Shown in pieces: positions 27,447-29,664 of a stretch of 29,664 nucleotides of DNA. Made by a program: the position numbers and the translations under genes. Position 1 is the first letter of the stretch, and the number at the start of each line of letters is the position of its first letter. The notes beneath the pieces were generated by a model. The model made no database searches and was not told the DNA's origin. It saw only the letters and a program-made list of their open reading frames with translations. Origin of the DNA: Polyangiaceae bacterium (GTDB lineage Bacteria; Myxococcota_A; Polyangia; Polyangiales; Polyangiaceae); NCBI GenBank assembly GCA_044222475.1, contig JBGANF010000102.1:1-29664 (forward strand), in the 5' to 3' direction.

Positions 27447-27475
27447 TATCATCAGTTCAACAGGTATTGAAATGA
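27447..27475 (+). promoter_or_regulatory. Candidate -10 box and ArsR/SmtB operator
   Basis: TATCAT (27447-27452) overlapping the AT-rich dyad TCAGTTCAA-CAGGTA-TTGAAATGA (27452-27475), which covers the ATG at 27472. Confidence 0.6.
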
Positions 27476-27846
27476 CAATACATCGCCATACGCGAAGAGC
27501 GTCCGTTCAGTCCGACAGCCGCACCCTCGAACGCACCGCGGCGCTCTTCCGCGCACTCGCCGATGCGCCTCGTCTGCGAATTCTGGAAGTCCTCTCGAGC
27601 GGCGAGCGTTGCGTCAGCGAGCTCGCCGACGGCGTTGCGCCCGATGGAATGTCGACCGTTTCCCAGCGTTTGCGAGTCCTCCACACGGAGAGGCTCGTGA
27701 CCAAACGTCGGGACGGGAAACACATCTACTACGCGCTCGCCGACGATCACGTGGTCGATCTCGTGCGCGCCGGAATCGCGCACGTGACCGAAAAGGAACT
27801 TTCACCACCACCGCGCGTACGAAAGAAACAGAGGACCCCACGATGA
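27472..27846 (+). CDS. ArsR/SmtB-family metalloregulator with alpha5 metal site
   Basis: FRALADAPRLRIL, ERCVSELA, STVSQRLRVL, alpha5 motif DDHVVDLVRAGIAHVTE = DxHx10Hx2E. Confidence 0.92.
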   Translation: MTIHRHTRRASVQSDSRTLERTAALFRALADAPRLRILEVLSSGERCVSELADGVAPDGMSTVSQRLRVLHTERLVTKRRDGKHIYYALADDHVVDLVRAGIAHVTEKELSPPPRVRKKQRTPR

Positions 27847-28181
27847 CCCATCAAGCGCACGACAAGCATTCTCACGCCCACGGCCCTGGCTGCGGACACG
27901 TTGCCGTCCAGCACGACGGGCACACCGACTACCTCCACGATGGGCACCTGCACCACGTGCATGGCGACCACACCGACGAGCACACCGTCGCCGTCGGCGG
28001 CGCGAACCCCGCGGCCTGCACCCCCGGCCACGCGTGCGGAGCGCACGACAAGGCTCACGCCCACGGCCCTGGCTGCGGCCACGAAGCCGTCCCGCACGGC
28101 GACCACACCGACTACCTCGTCGCGGGTCACTTGCACCACCCGCACTCGGGCCACTGCGACGACCACGGCGCGCTCGCCTGA
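27843..28181 (+). CDS. His/Cys-rich putative metal-binding protein with internal duplication
   Basis: ATGA overlap with the regulator stop; 112 aa with 28 His and 5 Cys; two copies of HAHGPGCGH.AV.H..HTDYL..GHLHH.H..H.D.H. Confidence 0.88.
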   Translation: MTHQAHDKHSHAHGPGCGHVAVQHDGHTDYLHDGHLHHVHGDHTDEHTVAVGGANPAACTPGHACGAHDKAHAHGPGCGHEAVPHGDHTDYLVAGHLHHPHSGHCDDHGALA

Positions 28182-28197
28182 CGCCTGACGCCTGACG
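28175..28197. repeat. Heptamer tandem repeat (CGCCTGA)3
   Basis: Three exact copies; the first contains the stop codon of the His-rich gene. Confidence 0.85.
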
Positions 28198-28238
28198 AAA
28201 CGCTTCCGTAGTCGACGCGATCACACTACCCTCGGGGC

Positions 28239-28712
28239 GTGCGGTCGCGTCTCGTTGTGTCGATGGGTGTTTTGCTGGGCATCGCGGCGTGCTCTCCGAA
28301 AGAAGAGCGCTTCGAGTCCGTCTGCCAGATCGTGCATCGCGAGGTCGTCGAAGTGGACGACAAGGGCGAGCCCAAGGTCGTCGACTACGAGCTCGAGTGG
28401 GACCCGTGCCCGGGTGATCAGTTCCAGGTCGTGCGCGGCGACGCGGCGTTCGCCAAGTGCATGGCCAAGTACGACAACGGAGAGCTCGTCCACGTCAAGG
28501 TCGCGCACCTCTGGGACACGCGCGGCTTCTACCATTGGGACCTCTACGAGGTGGGCGACTGCGCGCGCGAGATGGAGCAGCAGGAAGGCTCGTTCGAGAA
28601 GTCCCAGGAGTGCGGCGACGTCAGCGCCTACGGTACGACGGTCGGGTTCGAGTGCAAGCGCCGCCCCGAAGCGAAGCTACTCCAAGTCTGCCCCTGGACC
28701 GCGCGCAACTAG
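28239..28712 (+). CDS. Hypothetical Cys-rich lipoprotein
   Basis: MRSRLVVSMGVLLGIAAC lipobox; multiple Cys; coding-like codon usage. Confidence 0.75.
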   Translation: MRSRLVVSMGVLLGIAACSPKEERFESVCQIVHREVVEVDDKGEPKVVDYELEWDPCPGDQFQVVRGDAAFAKCMAKYDNGELVHVKVAHLWDTRGFYHWDLYEVGDCAREMEQQEGSFEKSQECGDVSAYGTTVGFECKRRPEAKLLQVCPWTARN

Positions 28713-29272
28713 TTGCGCTTCCAGCTCGTGCCGTCGCTGCAGGTGTACGAGTCGATGTGAGCGACCGCCATGTTCGCCAGCGTCGCGTGGTGGACCTCTT
28801 GGGCGACGTATCCCTTGCCGCCCGGCGCCACGTTGAGCTTGTCCTGCGAGAACGCGAGGTAATGCTCGCCACCCTGGTTCACCGCCGTCGGGCGCCCCCA
28901 CGCGTCGAAGCCGTAGGCGACGCCAGCGACCGACGTGACCTCGCACTTCGCGTCGCTGTGGATGTTGAGGTGGAGCTCGGTGGTCTGGTCGTCTCGCCCG
29001 AAGGTCCCGACCGTGACCTTCACCGGATCCTTGTTGGAGAGATCGGCGAGGGCGACCCGAATGCGGCCGATCGGCATCTCCTTCAGCACCTTCGTGCCCG
29101 CTTTCGGGGTCGGATCGGCGCCCTTCTGGGAAGCCTTCGCCTCGTCATCGGGGGACACCTGGGTGATCGCGTCGCGCCACTTGGCCTCGAGCGTCCACCG
29201 GCCGAGATAGAACCCGACCGTGAGTCCGAGACCTAGAGCGACGATGCCAACGACGATGGTGGTTCGATTCAT
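28709..29272 (-). CDS. Hypothetical membrane-anchored protein
   Basis: N-terminal TM IVVGIVALGLGLTVGFYLG and a beta-rich C-terminal domain; stop overlaps the convergent gene at CTAG 28709-28712. Confidence 0.75.
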   Translation of the reverse strand: MNRTTIVVGIVALGLGLTVGFYLGRWTLEAKWRDAITQVSPDDEAKASQKGADPTPKAGTKVLKEMPIGRIRVALADLSNKDPVKVTVGTFGRDDQTTELHLNIHSDAKCEVTSVAGVAYGFDAWGRPTAVNQGGEHYLAFSQDKLNVAPGGKGYVAQEVHHATLANMAVAHIDSYTCSDGTSWKRN

Positions 29273-29280
29273 GACGGACC

Positions 29281-29664
29281 TCAGGCAGCGCTACCGGCGA
29301 GCATGATCGCGACGGTGAGAATCGGGACCCAGATGCGGCCGAGCTTGAACGCGCGGTCGATCTTCTCTTCGTCGATCACGAGGAAGAGAAACGTCCACGC
29401 CATGTTGAGGGCGAGCGAGACGTAGACCCCGAGCATCAGCTTGTCGGCGCGAGTCAGGTATCCGGTCGCCGGGAGCGATTGGATGAGCGAGTAGTGGAAG
29501 AGCACCGCTGCGGCGAGCATCGGCGCGCCGGCGTTGGTACGCACCTCGAGCTCGTCGGGTGGGACCCACACGCCGAAGAGCGAGATGAGGACGATGATGT
29601 ACGCGGGGACGAACACGCTGAACGCCGCCGACGTCGCGAAGCGCTCGATCCCGAGCGAGAACTT
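29281..29664 (-). CDS. Pentameric ligand-gated ion channel (GLIC/ELIC-like) subunit, C-terminal TM domain (runs off window end)
   Basis: Pre-M1 IER, M1 VFVPAYIIVLISLFGVWV, M2 ending SLP, M2-M3 loop LPATGYLTRAD, M3, M4 WVPILTVAIML. Confidence 0.85.
   Translation of the reverse strand, partial: KFSLGIERFATSAAFSVFVPAYIIVLISLFGVWVPPDELEVRTNAGAPMLAAAVLFHYSLIQSLPATGYLTRADKLMLGVYVSLALNMAWTFLFLVIDEEKIDRAFKLGRIWVPILTVAIMLAGSAA

Noticed and set aside
25755..27452. 565-aa minus-strand ORF
   Set aside because: Antisense shadow of the amidase

Overview
High-GC bacterial DNA whose gene content (Hanks-type kinases, many Cys-rich lipoproteins, AgmX/PglI-type domains, DUF2380-like toxin) suggests Myxococcota; this is an inference. 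Main contents in order: (1) two Ser/Thr kinases and several lipoproteins; (2) an overlapping three-gene minus-strand unit encoding a ~2330-aa lipoprotein-anchored teneurin-like YD/RHS protein with a C-terminal DUF2380/HNH-like toxin, a DUF4375 putative immunity protein and an Ig/RCC1 lipoprotein, with an in-frame (AACG)9 repeat in the toxin gene's signal-peptide region that looks like a phase-variation switch; (3) an isc Fe-S operon (iscS-iscU-iscA-hscB-hscA) headed not by IscR but by a MerR regulator with a Cys-rich tail and an upstream MerR-type dyad; (4) HIT protein, alpha/beta hydrolase, truncated globin, cyaY, apaG, amidase; (5) a 315-bp MITE-like element with terminal inverted repeats between duplicated CTAG sites; (6) an SmtB-type Zn sensor coupled to a 28-His internally duplicated protein; (7) the C-terminus of a prokaryotic pentameric ligand-gated ion channel. 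No rRNA, tRNA or CRISPR array was recognised. All family calls come from motif recognition by eye, not database searches.
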